A stretch of 63,997 nucleotides of DNA, counting the filler, from Collodictyon triciliatum (lineage: Eukaryota), in NCBI GenBank assembly GCA_043381765.1. It is 6 parts of 6 records of this genome, joined end to end, with 100 filler letters (N's around TTAATTAATTAA, not from the genome) between each part and the next. Parts side by side here need not be neighbours in the genome. Positions count along the whole stretch, not along the records: positions 62,480 to 63,997 come from JBHJMP010001409.1; 5 more parts are not named here. The stretch is one strand, 5' to 3'. A program made the position numbers and the translations under genes. Shown here in pieces: positions 63,053 to 63,997 of this stretch. The notes under the pieces were generated by a model that saw nothing but the letters and a program-made list of their open reading frames with translations, made no database searches and was not told the origin of the DNA. Numbering within the stretch: the first letter of the stretch is position 1; each line of letters starts with the position of its first letter.

Positions 63053-63590
63053 GGTCAGAGTAGCGAAGAATGCGGGCGTGTTTCAGCAGGCTGTTCAGGA
63101 AGCTGTATTGCACGAAGCTCTCAAGCCTCGTTTCATTGATTTCTCGTTTGGGTGAATCATTAGAGCGAGAGAATGCACGCACACTCCATAAGAACCACAC
63201 CATATGTCCCTTCGTGACTGTCCAGAGTATTCTAGAGTCGTGAGTCAATTGGTATTGTGCGCCAAACAGGATGTCTGACGCGCTGAGTCGGTTGGGAGCA
63301 TAATCAAGCTCAGAGAGCATCTTGTGGGTCGATTCTGTCACTTTTGAGAAAGAGAGTACTTCGCAAATGTGTGTTCGATAGAGTCATCTCCACTCTGGTG
63401 CATGGTGCATTCGAGGAGATGGAATATCGATGCATTTTTCGGCGGTGCGAAGCTCCCATCCTTTTGAAAAGCGACTTGTTGAAAGACGAGATAGCTGTTT
63501 CATTCTCTCAACTTAATGGCACAAAAGCCTTTTGCTCTATCCCAGCAAAGTTGGCCCGTAACAACCGGTGGTTGGGTAGACTCACATTTC
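63053..63590 (-). mobile_element. Decayed LINE ORF2 C-terminal fragment (zf-RVT-like)
   Basis: LCWDRAKGFCAIKLRE*..ECTMHQSGDDSIEHTFAKY (degenerate CxxH..H.F..C knuckle), a frameshift, then [33 protein letters not shown], which overlaps the TSD-flanked element at 33857. Confidence 0.75.
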
Positions 63591-63997
63591 ACAAAGTGAT
63601 TGCGTTTGTTTTGTTTTATTGTTCTTGTATTCTGGGTGGATGCTGTTGGGGGAGTCACTCAGGTCTCTGTGTGTCAGCAACAAAAAGGACGAACAGGAGG
63701 GTGGGAGCGAGCAGAAAGCCAGCATCGAAAGAAAGGTGTTCCGCAAGGCCATGGACAACCAAAGCGCAGGACGAGGAGAAAAAAAAATTAATTGGAAGAG
63801 ATGGCAGCAACGCTGAACAGACAGGAAGACAAAGAAACAGCAGGACGAAGCAAGTGCTGCCCCACCCCATGCAATCAAGTGGATGCAAACTCTCCCCGTT
63901 CTCCCTGTTGCACTGCAGCCCGCCTGCTTAGCGGCGCCAGTTGTCCGAGTTATCTGTCTCGCGGGATGACGACGGGTAGGAGCGGCCACTCGCGCCA

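Overview
This is intron-rich nuclear DNA of a flagellated, mitochondriate eukaryote, probably a protist; the species cannot be identified from the sequence. It is a concatenation of about six contigs joined by artificial 100-nt linkers (44 N + TTAATTAATTAA + 44 N), plus one N-gap at 11356-11931. Host genes: WDR34/DYNC2I2, a CatSper1-like Ca2+ channel subunit, an LRR protein, LIPT2/LipB, a MAK/ICK-type kinase, an LRR/Cys-rich/multi-TM receptor, a coiled-coil protein, an H2B pseudogene, an orphan membrane protein, an SLC38/AAAP-like transporter, a Cache-HAMP class III nucleotidyl cyclase, an FxFG nucleoporin and MPP-alpha. The main discovery is not visible in the ORF track. A frameshifted but nearly full-length Fanzor1 (eukaryotic TnpB-like RNA-guided nuclease) gene lies at about 740-2639 (-), with all three RuvC acidic residues readable. 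It is followed by a structured omega-RNA-like right end that terminates in a Helitron-like hairpin + CTAG|T. A second, ORF-less copy of that end (57/69 nt identical) lies at 34293-34460 with a Helitron-like A|TC 5' end, i.e. a candidate 'ghost' guide-RNA element. Other notable features are ultra-short poly(A)-tailed retro-insertions with long target-site duplications (one breaks a LINE RT frame), seven tandem 69-nt one-LRR exons, and a cyclase with a Cya2-like (GTP-type) specificity signature. All exon structures were assembled by eye and are approximate.
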